64,000 nucleotides of DNA, taken from positions 1,280,001 to 1,344,000 of the forward strand of contig CAWFGO010000001.1 of assembly GCA_963815455.1 (NCBI GenBank), in the 5' to 3' direction. Under the pieces are notes generated by a model. It saw only the letters and a list, made by a program, of their open reading frames with translations, had not been told where the DNA came from and did not search any database. Source of the stretch: an uncultured Verrucomicrobiae bacterium. Lineage in GTDB: Bacteria; Verrucomicrobiota; Verrucomicrobiia; Chthoniobacterales; UBA10450. Numbering within the stretch: position 1 is the first letter of the stretch; each line of letters starts with the position of its first letter. Below, one piece after another: positions 9,194-19,949 of the stretch. The position numbers and the translations under genes are program-made.

Positions 9194-10630
9194 ATGGCCC
9201 CGCCACCCACCATTCTTATTGTCGATGATGAGAAGCACACCCGTGACGGGCTTCGCCGGCTGCTCGAAAACAATTACGACGTTTACGTCGCGGCCGACAT
9301 TGCCGGCGCGATCAACGTCCTCGAACGCGAGCATGTGGATGTTCTCCTCACCGATCTCCGCCTGGGTGGCGAAGATGGGATGACTTTGATCGAGCGCGCG
9401 CTGAAAACGCCGCATCCTCCGATCGCGATCATGATGACCGCCTACGGCACTGTCGATGTTGCCGTCGAAGCGATGAAGCGCGGCGCCTACGACTTTGTCA
9501 CGAAGCCGCTTAACCTCGACAAAGTGGAAATGCTCATCGCCCGGGCGGTGCAAAGTCGAAAGCTGGAACAGGAAAATCGCACGTTGCGGCAACAGGTCGA
9601 TGAACGCTACGGCTTGGAGAACATCATCGGCGAATCGCCGGCTCTGCGTGAAGTGCTCGACACCATTCGCCAGGTCGCCCCTTCTTCGGCCAACGTCCTG
9701 ATCGAAGGCGAGAGTGGAACGGGCAAGGAGTTGGCCGCGCACGCCATCCATAATTTGAGCCGGCGTAGCCAGGCGAAATTTGTCACGGTTCATTGTGCTG
9801 CGCTTTCGCCGACGCTCCTCGAGAGCGAATTGTTCGGCCACGAAAGGGGCGCGTTCACCGGCGCGCACGAACGGCGAATCGGGCGTTTCGAGCAAGCCAG
9901 CGGAGGCACGATTTTTCTCGATGAAATCGCGGAGATCAATCCGAGCACGCAGGTCAAATTGCTGCGAGTGATCAGCGAAGAGCGCGCCTTCGAGCGCGTG
10001 GGTGGCAATCAAACGTTAAAGGCGGACGTTCGACTCATCGCCGCGACGAACAAGAATCTGGAAACGCTCGTGCGGGAAGGAACATTTCGGGACGATCTTT
10101 TTTTCCGGCTCAACGTCGTCCGCATCACGATGCCCCCGCTGCGCGACCGGAAAGACGACATTCCGCTTCTCGTGCGCACATTTTTGCGGCATTTCTCGAA
10201 AGCGAATGAGAAAAAAGTTGTCGATCTTGTCGCCGACGCGATGAACGCCCTCCTTACTTATGATTGGCCCGGCAACGTGCGAGAATTGCGCACCGCGATC
10301 GAGCACGGTGTGGTCATGGCCACGGGCCCGAAAATTGCCCTGCGCGATCTACCGCCGGCTGTGCGCCAGGCCGCTGGCGCGGCTTTGCCTCGTGGCATCT
10401 CACCGGCAAAAGCATTTGGCGAAAAATCGAGCCCTCTCGATATTCGCGAGACAGAGAGAAAGTTGATATTACAGGCACTTGCCGCGACAAATGGCAACGT
10501 GACCGCAGCCGCAAAGAAACTTGGCATTAGCCGGCGAACTCTTCATCGAAAGATCAACGAAATGAACGCCGGCAAATCCGATGCCGCCGCTCCGGCCTCG
10601 GCCGGGGAACGGAATCAGCTTAAGTCCTGA
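9194..10630 (+). CDS. Sigma54-dependent response regulator (NtrC/AtoC family)
   Basis: REC domain; [31 protein letters not shown]; Fis-type HTH. Confidence 0.95.
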   Translation: MAPPPTILIVDDEKHTRDGLRRLLENNYDVYVAADIAGAINVLEREHVDVLLTDLRLGGEDGMTLIERALKTPHPPIAIMMTAYGTVDVAVEAMKRGAYDFVTKPLNLDKVEMLIARAVQSRKLEQENRTLRQQVDERYGLENIIGESPALREVLDTIRQVAPSSANVLIEGESGTGKELAAHAIHNLSRRSQAKFVTVHCAALSPTLLESELFGHERGAFTGAHERRIGRFEQASGGTIFLDEIAEINPSTQVKLLRVISEERAFERVGGNQTLKADVRLIAATNKNLETLVREGTFRDDLFFRLNVVRITMPPLRDRKDDIPLLVRTFLRHFSKANEKKVVDLVADAMNALLTYDWPGNVRELRTAIEHGVVMATGPKIALRDLPPAVRQAAGAALPRGISPAKAFGEKSSPLDIRETERKLILQALAATNGNVTAAAKKLGISRRTLHRKINEMNAGKSDAAAPASAGERNQLKS

Positions 10631-10633
10631 GCA

Positions 10634-12380
10634 ATGGCCGGCAGCGCAGATTTCATCCAGCGGATGGTGCACACGTTCGAGACGGGTGCCCCAGCGATCT
10701 GGATTCGCCGGGCATTGATCGTAACGGCGATCGGCGGGCTTTCCCTCTTTTATCTTTTCCACGAATTTCGCGGGCTGGCGACTTCTCAGGCGATGGACCA
10801 GGCCCAAATCGGACGCGAGATCGCGCGCGGTCATGGCTGGAAAACGCAATTCGCCAGGCCCCGCGAGATCGGGCAGCTTTTGACTCACGGAAAGGACGTG
10901 CCGAAACAAATTTGGTACGACACCTACAATGCTCCGCTGCCGCCGCTGGTAGACGCGATCGCGCTGGTCCCAATCAAGTCGCACCTGAAAATGACCCCGC
11001 AGGAAATCATTTTCCTCGGGGACCGCGCGATCGCGGCGATGTCGATCTTTTTCTTTCTGCTCTCAGTCGTAGTTCTCTTTTTTCTCGTCCAGCGCTTGTT
11101 CGATCAACGCCTGGCTCTGATGAGCTGCGCGCTGGTTCTGCTTTGCGACCTGTTTTGGCGGTACCTCGCTCTCCGGTTTGCCGCAGATGCTTTTGCTTTT
11201 CCTTTTTAACTGCACCGTTTACGTCCTCGCGCGAGCGGTCGAAGCTCAATCCGAAGGCGGCCGGGTGGGCCCGTGGCTCGCGCTGGTCGGTCTTGGGTTC
11301 GGGCTCATGGCTCTTACCCACGCGCTCACCATCTGGATTTTCGCCGGCGCACTGATTTTCTCGATCTTCTTTTTCCGGCCACGCGGCTGGGCCGCCCTGG
11401 TTCCGCTCGCTGTTTTCGCCGTCCTCTATTTCCCATGGCTGATTCGGAATTACTTGATCTGCGGCAACCCCGGCGGGCTGGCCATCTACTCCGTGCTCGG
11501 TGGGATCCAACACAGCGAGACCGGCTGGATGCGCAGTATCAATCCAAGTCTGGAAGGCGTGGGCCCGATGGCCTTGAAGGATAAGATGATCACCAATTTT
11601 TTGGGCCAATCTGGCCTGATCTTCGAGTACTTTGGCTGGAACGTGGTCGCGATCATGTTTTTTGCAGGGCTACTTTATGTTTTCAAGCGGCCCGAGACGA
11701 ACACGGTTCGCTGGATGATTATGGCCATGTGGTGCGGGGCGGTTGCCGGCATGACGATTTGGGGAATCAATGAAGAAGAAGGCGTCGCTGCGAACCAATT
11801 GCACCTGTTATTCGTTCCTTTGATGATCTCCTTCGGCCTGGCCTTCTTGCTAGTGCAATGGAACCGGCTGGAAATCGGCATTCGTCTCGCGCGAATTGGA
11901 TTTATCATTCTGCTTTTCCTGCTCTGTGCGACTCCGATGCTATTCAAGCTGCCGCCGCTGAAGCCTCCGCAGATTTACATCCACTGGCCGCCTTATCCCC
12001 CCCCGCCGTATCTCGGCGTGCTCAGCGATTGGATGAAGCCGGACGAGGTCACCGCCTCCGACATGCCCTGGGCGATCGCGTGGTACGGCGATCGGCGCGC
12101 CATTCTCCTGCCGGAAACGGTCAAGACGATGAGTGATATCAGCGATTACAGAATCCTCGGTGGCCCGGTTTACGGACTTTACCTGACTCCCATCAGCGGC
12201 AGCCAAAACCGGCTGGGTGACATCCTGAAAGGTGAATACAAAGATTGGGCGCCGGTCATTTCACGCACGGTGAATCTCGAAACGTTCCCTCTCAGATGGG
12301 GCGTCCTGCTTGGCTTGGAAAACGAATGCATTTTTCTGAGCGACCACAATCGACAATCGCCCTCCCAGCCGCCACTTTAG
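10634..12380 (+). CDS. Polytopic membrane protein, ArnT/GT-C glycosyltransferase-like; frameshift near 11165
   Basis: Two overlapping hydrophobic ORFs (10634..11209 and 11178..12380) that join as ...LSGLPQMLL...; SDMPWAIAWY motif. Confidence 0.7.
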
Positions 12381-12414
12381 GGCACCGCACCGCGAACCTT
12401 TATTTCGCTGGGCC

Positions 12415-13797
12415 ATGCAAACAAAAAAAATCTTCGGGACCGACGGCGTTCGTGGCGTAGCCAACGTTGAACCCGTTACGGCTGAGACGGCGTTAAAACT
12501 TGGCCGGGCCGCCGCGCATGTTTTCACGCAGTTAAATCCGCGCACCATTCCAGAAGGCACGCGCCCGAAAATCGTGCTGGGCAAAGACACGCGTCTTTCC
12601 GGCTACATGCTCGAAAACGCCCTGGTGGCCGGGATCACTTCGCTCGGCGTCGATGTTCTCATCATCGGTCCGTTGCCCACTCCCGGCGTTGCTTATATCA
12701 CCCGATCCCTTCGCGCCGACGCCGGCATCGTTCTCACTGCTTCGCATAATCCCTATGAGGACAACGGCATCAAATTTTTCCGGCACGACGGCTACAAGCT
12801 CGACGATCAAGTGGAAGAAAAAATCGAGCAGCTCGTGTTCACCGGCGAGATTGATTCCATTCGTCCCACCGCCGGCAAAATTGGGCGGGCCGCCCGCATC
12901 GACGACGCGCTCGGCCGCTACGTCGAATTCGCCAAAGCGAGTTTCCCGAGAAAGATGTCCCTGGAAAAAATGCGGGTCGCTGTCGATGTGGCCAACGGCG
13001 CGGCTTACAAATCGACCCCGTGCATTCTGCGCGAGCTCGGCGCGGATGTGATCGTCGCGCACAACCAGCCCAACGGGATGAACATCAATGAGCGCTGCGG
13101 CAGTACGCATCCCGAAGAAATTCAACGAGCCGTGAAACAGAGCGGTGCCCATGTCGGCATCGCCCACGACGGCGACGCCGATCGCGTCCTGCTTTGTGAT
13201 GAGAACGGCGAGATTGTCGATGGCGACGAGATTCTGGCCATTGCCGCTGTCGATCTTCTGCGGGCCGGTCAGCTTCGCGCTGACACAATGGTCGCGACCG
13301 TCATGAGCAATTTCGGGCTCGACGAAACGCTCGCCGCCAACAAGGGCAAAGTGATTCGAACAAAAGTGGGCGATCGTTACGTCATCGAAGAAATGATGAA
13401 GCAGAATTTCAACCTCGGCGGCGAACAAAGCGGCCACATCATCTTTCGCGATTTTACCACCACTGGGGACGGCATTATCAGCGCCCTCCAGATTTTGCGC
13501 ATCATGCACCAGACCGGGCAACCCCTGAGCAAGTTGAAGAGCTGCCTCAAAAAATACCCGCAGGCCCAACGCAATTTGTTGGTAAAGAAAAAGCCACCGT
13601 TGTCGGAGCTTTCCGCGGTGATTAAACTCGTGAACGAAACAGAAAAAGAACTTTCCGGCAAAGGCCGCGTCCTTTTGCGATATTCCGGCACTGAACCAAA
13701 GATTCGCCTCCTCATCGAAGGCCCCGAGCTCGACAAGATCGACAAGCAAGCCGATCGCATTGCCGATGCGATCCAAAGTGCGATCGGAGCGAACTAG
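12415..13797 (+). CDS. glmM: Phosphoglucosamine mutase
   Basis: FGTDGVRG; TASHNPYEDNGIKFF; DGDADR; GGEQSGH; RYSGTEP. Confidence 0.97.
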   Translation: MQTKKIFGTDGVRGVANVEPVTAETALKLGRAAAHVFTQLNPRTIPEGTRPKIVLGKDTRLSGYMLENALVAGITSLGVDVLIIGPLPTPGVAYITRSLRADAGIVLTASHNPYEDNGIKFFRHDGYKLDDQVEEKIEQLVFTGEIDSIRPTAGKIGRAARIDDALGRYVEFAKASFPRKMSLEKMRVAVDVANGAAYKSTPCILRELGADVIVAHNQPNGMNINERCGSTHPEEIQRAVKQSGAHVGIAHDGDADRVLLCDENGEIVDGDEILAIAAVDLLRAGQLRADTMVATVMSNFGLDETLAANKGKVIRTKVGDRYVIEEMMKQNFNLGGEQSGHIIFRDFTTTGDGIISALQILRIMHQTGQPLSKLKSCLKKYPQAQRNLLVKKKPPLSELSAVIKLVNETEKELSGKGRVLLRYSGTEPKIRLLIEGPELDKIDKQADRIADAIQSAIGAN

Positions 13798-13799
13798 TA

Positions 13800-13857
13800 A
13801 CCACAGAGATCACAGAGAATTTATTTGAATCTCCGTGATCTCCGTGTCCTCTGTGGT
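13800..13857. repeat. ACCACAGAG...CTCTGTGGT inverted repeat element
   Basis: Terminal IR with internal 9-nt periodicity, filling the glmM-scpB spacer. Confidence 0.75.
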
Positions 13858-13862
13858 GAATC

Positions 13863-14504
13863 ATGACTCTTGCTCGCGTTATTGAAGCGCTTTTGTTCAG
13901 CGCCCAAAAACCGCTCGCCACCAAAGAGATTGTCGATGTTCTCCGGCGCGCCGGCGCGGAAGATGAATTCTCGCCCAACGAATTCGCAAAGGTGCGCGAA
14001 GCGGAAGTGGCCGCCGCGCTGGAGCAGCTAAAGATCGAGTGCATCGAACAACAGCGCGCCTTTCAGCTCGTGGAAAAAGCCGAAGGCTGGCAGCTCGTTA
14101 CCGATCCCAAATTTGCGCAATGGGTTCGCGAGCTTTTTCCCGCGGCCAAACCCGCCCGGTTGAGCGCGCCTGCTCTCGAGACACTGGCCATTATTGCCTA
14201 TCGCCAGCCAATCACGCGCGCCGATGTGGAAGCAGTCCGCGGCGTGACCATCGACGGCGTTCTGCAAACCTTGATGGAACGCGGCCTCGTTAAGATCGCG
14301 GGCCGCGCCGAGATCCCGGGCCGGCCGCTTCTCTACGAAACCACCCAATTCTTTCTCGATCACTTCGGCCTGCGCACTCTCGACGAATTGCCTAACGTGG
14401 AGGAATTGCGCACACGGCACCTGCCGACTGCGCCGCGGCCCGCTGTAGCCGGCATCGGTGATGCCGGACCGGGGTCACCGACCCCGGCTACAACCGCGGA
14501 ATGA
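13863..14504 (+). CDS. scpB: SMC-Scp complex subunit ScpB
   Basis: IEALLF; LSAPALETLAIIAYRQPITRADVEAVRGV; GRPLLYETT. Confidence 0.95.
   Translation: MTLARVIEALLFSAQKPLATKEIVDVLRRAGAEDEFSPNEFAKVREAEVAAALEQLKIECIEQQRAFQLVEKAEGWQLVTDPKFAQWVRELFPAAKPARLSAPALETLAIIAYRQPITRADVEAVRGVTIDGVLQTLMERGLVKIAGRAEIPGRPLLYETTQFFLDHFGLRTLDELPNVEELRTRHLPTAPRPAVAGIGDAGPGSPTPATTAE
14444..14492. repeat. TGTAG...CTACA REP doublet inside the scpB 3' coding end
   Basis: TGTAG CCGGCATC GGT GATGCCGG A CCGGGGTC ACC GACCCCGG CTACA (two hairpins). Confidence 0.8.
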
Positions 14505-15520
14505 CTACGCGCATCGTTGCGCTGTCGATCCTCGCGATCGCAATATCGGCATCCGCGGCGGATATTCGTCCCGAGAATTGCGCGCGGGCCGCAAGATATT
14601 TCGAAAGCACCCGCGGCGTGGCCATGCTGGTGATGCAGAACGGCCATATTACTTTCGAGCGCTACGCTAATGGAGGAATGGTCAATGGGCGCTGGCCGAT
14701 CTTTAGCGGTACAAAAAATTTCTGGGGCATTGCGGCGCTTTGCGCGGTCCGCGACGGTTTGATCAGGCTCGACGATCACGTGGCTGACACGATTACCGAA
14801 TGGAGAAATGATCCGCGCAAATCGAAGATCACCATCCGTCAATTGTTAACCCAGACCGATGGGATCGAGGATGCGCCGTTTCTGCATCGACAATCGATCC
14901 GCGATCGAAATGCGGTGGCTATCGGTTTGCCCATGCTCGCCGCGCCGGGCACGCGTTTCATTTATGGCCCGAGCCATTTCCAGATTTTGTCAGAGTTGCT
15001 GCGTCGAAAACTCAATGGCCGCGGCGTGATTTCATATTTCGAGCAAAACGTTACTGGGCCGCTCGGCTTGACTGCTCTCGAATTCAAGCGCGATGGGCGC
15101 GGCAATCCATTGCTGGCCAGCGGCCTCGAATTGACTGCGCGGGAATGGGCCCGGCTGGGTGAGCTCGTGCTCGGGAACGGCAGCTACCACGGCCGGCAGA
15201 TTGTCCCTGCGGCGTTATTGCGTGAAGCGTTTACCGGCTCGAGCGCTAATCCTTCCTATGGCCTGACCTTTTGGTTGAATCGACAAGCGCCGCGAGCCCG
15301 CGAGATCGACATAGAAAAAGAACTCGATCTCAAATGGCAACGCGCCCGTTGGATCGACATCTGCATTTGTCGAAGCGCGCCCGCGGATATGATTGTCGGT
15401 CTCGGCTCGAATTATCAGCGCCTGTTCATCATCCCATCGCTCAACGCCATCATTGTTCGCCAGGGACAGGACGCGAAATTTTCCGATGCGCACTTTCTAC
15501 GGCTGATTCTTGGCAGATAG
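14501..15520 (+). CDS. Secreted serine hydrolase (beta-lactamase class C-like)
   Basis: Signal peptide; FSGTK (SxxK); ITIRQLL; APGTRFIY. Confidence 0.9.
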   Translation: MTTRIVALSILAIAISASAADIRPENCARAARYFESTRGVAMLVMQNGHITFERYANGGMVNGRWPIFSGTKNFWGIAALCAVRDGLIRLDDHVADTITEWRNDPRKSKITIRQLLTQTDGIEDAPFLHRQSIRDRNAVAIGLPMLAAPGTRFIYGPSHFQILSELLRRKLNGRGVISYFEQNVTGPLGLTALEFKRDGRGNPLLASGLELTAREWARLGELVLGNGSYHGRQIVPAALLREAFTGSSANPSYGLTFWLNRQAPRAREIDIEKELDLKWQRARWIDICICRSAPADMIVGLGSNYQRLFIIPSLNAIIVRQGQDAKFSDAHFLRLILGR

Positions 15521-15889
15521 CGGCGTTGGGTTGGGTGTGGGCTTGCTGGTTGGGGGAGGCTTGAGGATCGGAACCGCATAGGATATCTCGTTCGAGAGCT
15601 CGCTCTCAACTCCTTCGCGGTCGTAGGCGCTTACGGCGAAGTAATACGTTAGGCCTCCGACCAGATTGGATACTAGCGCTCTGCTAATATTTCCAAGTTC
15701 GAATATTTGGGCGTAACCACCTATTCGCGTTCGGGCATACAATCGATAGCCGGCGATGTTTGGACTGGAGCTCGGGTCCCAGGCCAGGACCACCTCGTCG
15801 GCCGTTGCCGCATGGGCCCAAGAACAAAATAGAAGAATTGCGCAGGCCCAAAATGATCGAAGCCCTGGTCGCTGTTGGATACGAGTCAT
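15497..15889 (-). CDS. Small secreted fibronectin type III domain protein
   Basis: Signal ending AHA; VVLAWD..IAGYRLY..LTYYFAVSAYD..ESELSNE; ATG at 15889. Confidence 0.75.
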   Translation of the reverse strand: MTRIQQRPGLRSFWACAILLFCSWAHAATADEVVLAWDPSSSPNIAGYRLYARTRIGGYAQIFELGNISRALVSNLVGGLTYYFAVSAYDREGVESELSNEISYAVPILKPPPTSKPTPNPTPLSAKNQP

Positions 15890-16069
15890 TCTTTGATCTG
15901 CCGGAACGAGGACTGACGACTTGCCGAAGCAGCGATCATTCGACCCGTTCAACGCGCATGACGTTAAATCGAATTCCTTTTTTTGATGGAATCTAGATTG
16001 TGCGGATTCTGCAAGATTTTTCGTCACAGTTGTAAAGCTGTCCGAACCGGTTAAATAGTTGTCGCTATT

Positions 16070-16723
16070 ATGAACAAGCTTGCGATCGGTTGTGGCGGCC
16101 TTGTGGTAATCTTGCTTTTCGTCGGTCTAGTGGTCGGCCTGTTTTTCTGGGGGACTTACAACAAGCTCGTTACCATCGAGCAGAACGTGAATAAGAAATG
16201 GGCCGACGTGCAAAGCGTCTATCAACGCCGGGCGGATTTGATCCCAAATCTGGTGAACACGGTTGCCGGAGCGGCTAACTTCGAAAAATCGACGCTCACG
16301 GAAGTGACGAACGCGCGCGCCAGTGTCGGCCGAATGCAGATCAATGCGAACGAGGCGCCAAAGACTGCGGAGCAACTGGAAGAGTTTCAGCGCGCGCAGG
16401 GTCAACTAGGCAATGCGCTCTCGCGTTTGCTGGTCGTGAGCGAAAATTATCCCGATCTGAAAGCGACACGAAACTTTCAAGAGCTGCAGGCGCAATTGGA
16501 AGGCACCGAGAATCGGATTTCAGTGGAACGAAACAACTTCAATGGTGCGGTCCAAACCTACAACACCGCCTTGAAGCGCTTCCCGACCAACATGATCGGC
16601 GGAATGTTTGGATTTCAACAGCGCCCGTTCTTTCAATCGCAGCAGGGCGCAGAGACAGCGCCGAGCGTTAATTTCAATTTCGGCTCGCCTGCTCCTGTCC
16701 CCGCCGCGACAGCAACACCGTAG
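16070..16723 (+). CDS. lemA: LemA family protein
   Basis: YQRRADLIPNLV; ENYPDLKA; QLEGTENRI. Confidence 0.95.
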   Translation: MNKLAIGCGGLVVILLFVGLVVGLFFWGTYNKLVTIEQNVNKKWADVQSVYQRRADLIPNLVNTVAGAANFEKSTLTEVTNARASVGRMQINANEAPKTAEQLEEFQRAQGQLGNALSRLLVVSENYPDLKATRNFQELQAQLEGTENRISVERNNFNGAVQTYNTALKRFPTNMIGGMFGFQQRPFFQSQQGAETAPSVNFNFGSPAPVPAATATP

Positions 16724-16728
16724 GAGCA

Positions 16729-16801
16729 GTCATCCTGAGCGGAAGCGAAGGATCTCTCGAATTGCATAAGGCGCGGGATGTTTCGCTTCGCTCACCATGA
16801 C
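16729..16801. repeat. GTCATCCTGAGC...ATGAC palindromic repeat
   Basis: Terminal IR; same family at 20378 and 40239. Confidence 0.75.
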
Positions 16802-16804
16802 ATT

Positions 16805-17557
16805 GTGAAACGAATCTCACTCTGTCTTCTGGCGCTCGCCGCAATCACGGCCCAAGCCGCGGAAGTCATTCCTCCGAAACCCGATCGCTACTTCAACGAT
16901 TACGCCGGGATTATTTCCAAGGAGGCCGCGCTCCGTTTCAATGAACAGCTCGCGCAGTTCGAACGCGATACGTCGAACCAGGTTGTCGTCGCCATCTTTC
17001 CGAAGATGGAGAGCGACTCCGACATTGCCGATTACACCCAAAGAATCGCTCAAGCATGGGGCGTCGGCCAAAAGGACCGACGCAATGGCGTGGCACTCTT
17101 CGTTTTTGTCCACGACCGCAAGATGTTTATCCAAGTCGGATACGGACTTGAGGGTGCGCTTCCAGACGCGACCGCTTTTGACATCACCGAATACCGAATC
17201 AAACCGCATTTTCGCGCGAACGACTATGAGGCCGGATTGGCAGCCGGGATCGATTCCATCCTCAAGGCAATTCGCGGCGAATACCAAGGGTCCGGCAAGA
17301 CGGCAAGCGAAGCGAGGAGCAAGAAGCTTCCCGGCATCGCATTTCTGGCGTTCTTCATTCTGTTTGCTGTCGTGATGTACTTGATCACGCGCCAAAACCG
17401 CCGTCACGGTTACCGTTACTCCAGCTTCGGCGGACCGTTTGTCGGAGGCTGGTCGGGCGGTTCGGGAGGCTGGTCATCGGGCGGTGGAGGCAGTTCGGGC
17501 GGTTTTAGCGGCGGAGGCGGCAGTTTTGGCGGAGGCGGAGCCGGATCGAGCTGGTAA
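16805..17557 (+). CDS. TPM-domain (YgcG-like) membrane protein with Gly-rich tail
   Basis: NDYAGII; WGVGQKDRRNG; IQVGYGLEGALPD; GGSFGGGGAGSSW; GTG start at 16805. Confidence 0.93.
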   Translation: MKRISLCLLALAAITAQAAEVIPPKPDRYFNDYAGIISKEAALRFNEQLAQFERDTSNQVVVAIFPKMESDSDIADYTQRIAQAWGVGQKDRRNGVALFVFVHDRKMFIQVGYGLEGALPDATAFDITEYRIKPHFRANDYEAGLAAGIDSILKAIRGEYQGSGKTASEARSKKLPGIAFLAFFILFAVVMYLITRQNRRHGYRYSSFGGPFVGGWSGGSGGWSSGGGGSSGGFSGGGGSFGGGGAGSSW

Positions 17558-17560
17558 CAG

Positions 17561-17998
17561 ATGCGCACCAAAGAATTTCTCAGCCGACTCGAGCACGATC
17601 GCATCGTGCAGGCGATCCGCGACGCCGAGTCGAAAACCTCCGGCGAGATTCGCGTTTATATTCAGCGCGGGAAGTTGAGACCCGATCCGCTGGCGGCAGC
17701 GCGGGAAAAATTTCAGGAATTAGAGATGGATAAGACGGGCCACCGCAATGCCGTCTTGATTTTCGTAGCGCCCCGCACCCACAAACTCGCGGTGGTGGGC
17801 GACAGAGGAATTCACGAAAAATGCGGCGAGGAGTTCTGGCAACGAGTCGTTGAAACCATACGCAATCGGTTTCGTGAAAATCAGTTTACGGAGGGAATGC
17901 ACGACGCGATCCGCATCATCGGCGACGTGCTGGCCACACATTTTCCGCGAACATCGACATCGTCCAACGAATTGCCTGACGATGTGATCGAGCGATAA
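17561..17998 (+). CDS. TPM-domain protein (LemA operon partner)
   Basis: AESKTSGEIRV; NAVLIFVA; GDRGI; NELPD. Confidence 0.93.
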   Translation: MRTKEFLSRLEHDRIVQAIRDAESKTSGEIRVYIQRGKLRPDPLAAAREKFQELEMDKTGHRNAVLIFVAPRTHKLAVVGDRGIHEKCGEEFWQRVVETIRNRFRENQFTEGMHDAIRIIGDVLATHFPRTSTSSNELPDDVIER

Positions 17999-18096
17999 TC
18001 GTCGGCGCGCCCGGAGGTCGCGCCCTACCACAGGTTGGCGCTTGCAAATTTGGTGGAATGGTCTTTATTCCACGCTTCGCCGCGAGTTTTTAAACT

Positions 18097-18162
18097 GCGC
18101 CGTTGGTCCCTGGGTTTCCGTCGCTAGACGCGAAACCACACTCGCCAGGGGAAACCCGGCAC
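18097..18162 (+). promoter_or_regulatory. Candidate structured 5' leader of rpoA-rplQ
   Basis: Nested stems GGTTTC-CGTC-GCTA-GACG-C-GAAACC and CCCTG/CAGGG; alternative GGG-GAAA-CCC hairpin; TTGCAA -35-like box at 18042. Confidence 0.45.
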
Positions 18163-18258
18163 GTCGAAAGGAAGAAGTCTGAAGTAAGAAGTAGGAAAGG
18201 CCGCTAGCCTTGCTTTTTTCATAACTCAGTCCTCCACTTTTCATCCATAAAATCCATT

Positions 18259-19299
18259 ATGCCAGTTCGTTACGGTCGTTTTGAAATGCCCAAAAACCTC
18301 GTCAAAGACGAGGATACAGCCACTGATACCTACGCCAAGTTTACCGCCGAGCCATTTGAGGCCGGTTACGGGCACACGGTTGGGAATTCCCTCCGCCGAG
18401 TGCTTCTTTCCTCGCTCGAAGGCGCTGCCATTACTGCGGTGAAAATTACCGGGGCCCAACACGAGTTCGCCACCTTGCCCGGCGTGGTCGAGGACGTAAC
18501 CGACATTGTCCTCAATCTCAAAAAGGTGAAATTCAAGGCCGAGGACCACGAGTCGAAAAAGCTTTCGCTTACGGTAAATAAGGAAGGCAACGTCACCGCT
18601 GGCGACATTCAGGAAGTGGCGGGTTACGAGGTGCTCAACCCGAAGCAGATCATTTGCACGCTGGACAAGAAACATAAGTTCGACGCTGAGCTGGAAGTGC
18701 GTGTCGGCCGCGGTTTCGCCACCGGCGAGGAAAACAAGCGAGCCGATCAACCCATTGGCCTTATCCCGATCGACTCGATCTTTTCGCCGGTCACACGAGT
18801 GAAGTATGCGGTCGAAAATACCCGTGTCGGCCAGCGCACCGATTATGACAAACTGATTCTCGAAGTTTGGACCGACGGCCGATTGACCCCGGACGATGCG
18901 CTGCTCCAGGCCTCGGCAATTCTGCGCCACCATCTCGATGTCTTCGTGAACTACAACGAGAACGTGGTCGAGTTCGACCAAACACCGGCGGGCGTGAGCG
19001 AAGAAAACATGAAGCTCAAGAAACTGCTCAACATGAGCGTGAACGAGATCGAACTCAGCGTGCGCGCGGCCAATTGCTTGAATAACGCAAACATCACCAC
19101 GGTTGGTCAGCTCGCCCAAAAAACCGAGGCCGAGATGCTCAAGTACCGCAACTTCGGCAAGAAATCGCTGAACGAGATCAAAGACAAGCTTCAGCAGCTC
19201 AGTCTCGGCTTGGGGATGAAATTCGAAACGGGTCTGATCGACACGCCGGCGGCGGCAATCGAGATTCCTAGCGAAAACGGTGCGTCGGCTACCAAGTAA
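18259..19299 (+). CDS. rpoA: RNA polymerase subunit alpha
   Basis: EPFEAGYGHTVGNSLRRVLLSS; PIDSIFSPV; LSVRAANCL; NFGKKSL. Confidence 0.99.
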   Translation: MPVRYGRFEMPKNLVKDEDTATDTYAKFTAEPFEAGYGHTVGNSLRRVLLSSLEGAAITAVKITGAQHEFATLPGVVEDVTDIVLNLKKVKFKAEDHESKKLSLTVNKEGNVTAGDIQEVAGYEVLNPKQIICTLDKKHKFDAELEVRVGRGFATGEENKRADQPIGLIPIDSIFSPVTRVKYAVENTRVGQRTDYDKLILEVWTDGRLTPDDALLQASAILRHHLDVFVNYNENVVEFDQTPAGVSEENMKLKKLLNMSVNEIELSVRAANCLNNANITTVGQLAQKTEAEMLKYRNFGKKSLNEIKDKLQQLSLGLGMKFETGLIDTPAAAIEIPSENGASATK

Positions 19300-19318
19300 A
19301 CTGATTATCGCGTGACCT

Positions 19319-19870
19319 ATGAGGCACCAAAAGAAAAGAATTAAGCTCGGCCGGACCGCCGAGCATCGAAAAGCGCTGCTAGCCAATCAAGTTTGCAGCT
19401 TGATCGAGCATCAGCGCATCAAGACCACTCTGGCCAAGGCCAAGGCGGTTCGTCCAATCGCGGAGAAAATGGTGACCCTCGGGAAAAAGGGCTCGCTCCA
19501 CGCGCGACGAACGGCGTTCGCGACGTTGCGGCAAAAAGACGCTGTCAAAAAACTGTTCGACGATATCGCGCCAAGATCGACCGACCGCAACGGCGGTTAC
19601 ACCCGCATCGTCAAACTCGGCCAGCGTAAAAGCGATTCCGCACAGATGGCGTTCATCGAATGGGTCGATGTCGCAGCAGCCACCGAGGAAAAACCGGTGG
19701 AAGAAAAAGCGGCAAAGCGAAAAGAGAAATCCAAGCCCGAGACAACCCACGAAGAAGTGGCGGCAGAAAAACCGAAGGCGAAAGAAGAAAAACCAACCAC
19801 GCCACCGGCCGAAGAGGCAAAACCGAAGAAGCGCGGCTGGTTCGGTCGCAAATCGAGCGAGGAAAAATAA
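19319..19870 (+). CDS. rplQ: 50S ribosomal protein L17 with long K/E-rich C-terminal tail
   Basis: [33 protein letters not shown]. Confidence 0.98.
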   Translation: MRHQKKRIKLGRTAEHRKALLANQVCSLIEHQRIKTTLAKAKAVRPIAEKMVTLGKKGSLHARRTAFATLRQKDAVKKLFDDIAPRSTDRNGGYTRIVKLGQRKSDSAQMAFIEWVDVAAATEEKPVEEKAAKRKEKSKPETTHEEVAAEKPKAKEEKPTTPPAEEAKPKKRGWFGRKSSEEK

Positions 19871-19871
19871 C

Positions 19872-19949
19872 TGTAACCGCGGGCGCTGACCGCGGCACTT
19901 ACAAGCTTTACAACGTGCAACCTCTCCGCGGTCAGCGCCCGCGGCTACA
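19872..19949. repeat. GTAG-type REP with 24-bp inverted arms between convergent genes (possible bidirectional terminator)
   Basis: TGTAACCGCGGGCGCTGACCGCGG ... CCGCGGTCAGCGCCCGCGGCTACA. Confidence 0.8.

Noticed and set aside
12532..13776. Long antisense ORFs (also 18241..19386, 9155..10012, 20713..21534, 28837..29679)
   Set aside because: Shadows of well-supported genes on the opposite strand in GC-rich DNA; no recognisable motifs.
17430..17557. GGC-rich low-complexity repeat
   Set aside because: It is the normal Gly/Ser tail of TPM-domain proteins.
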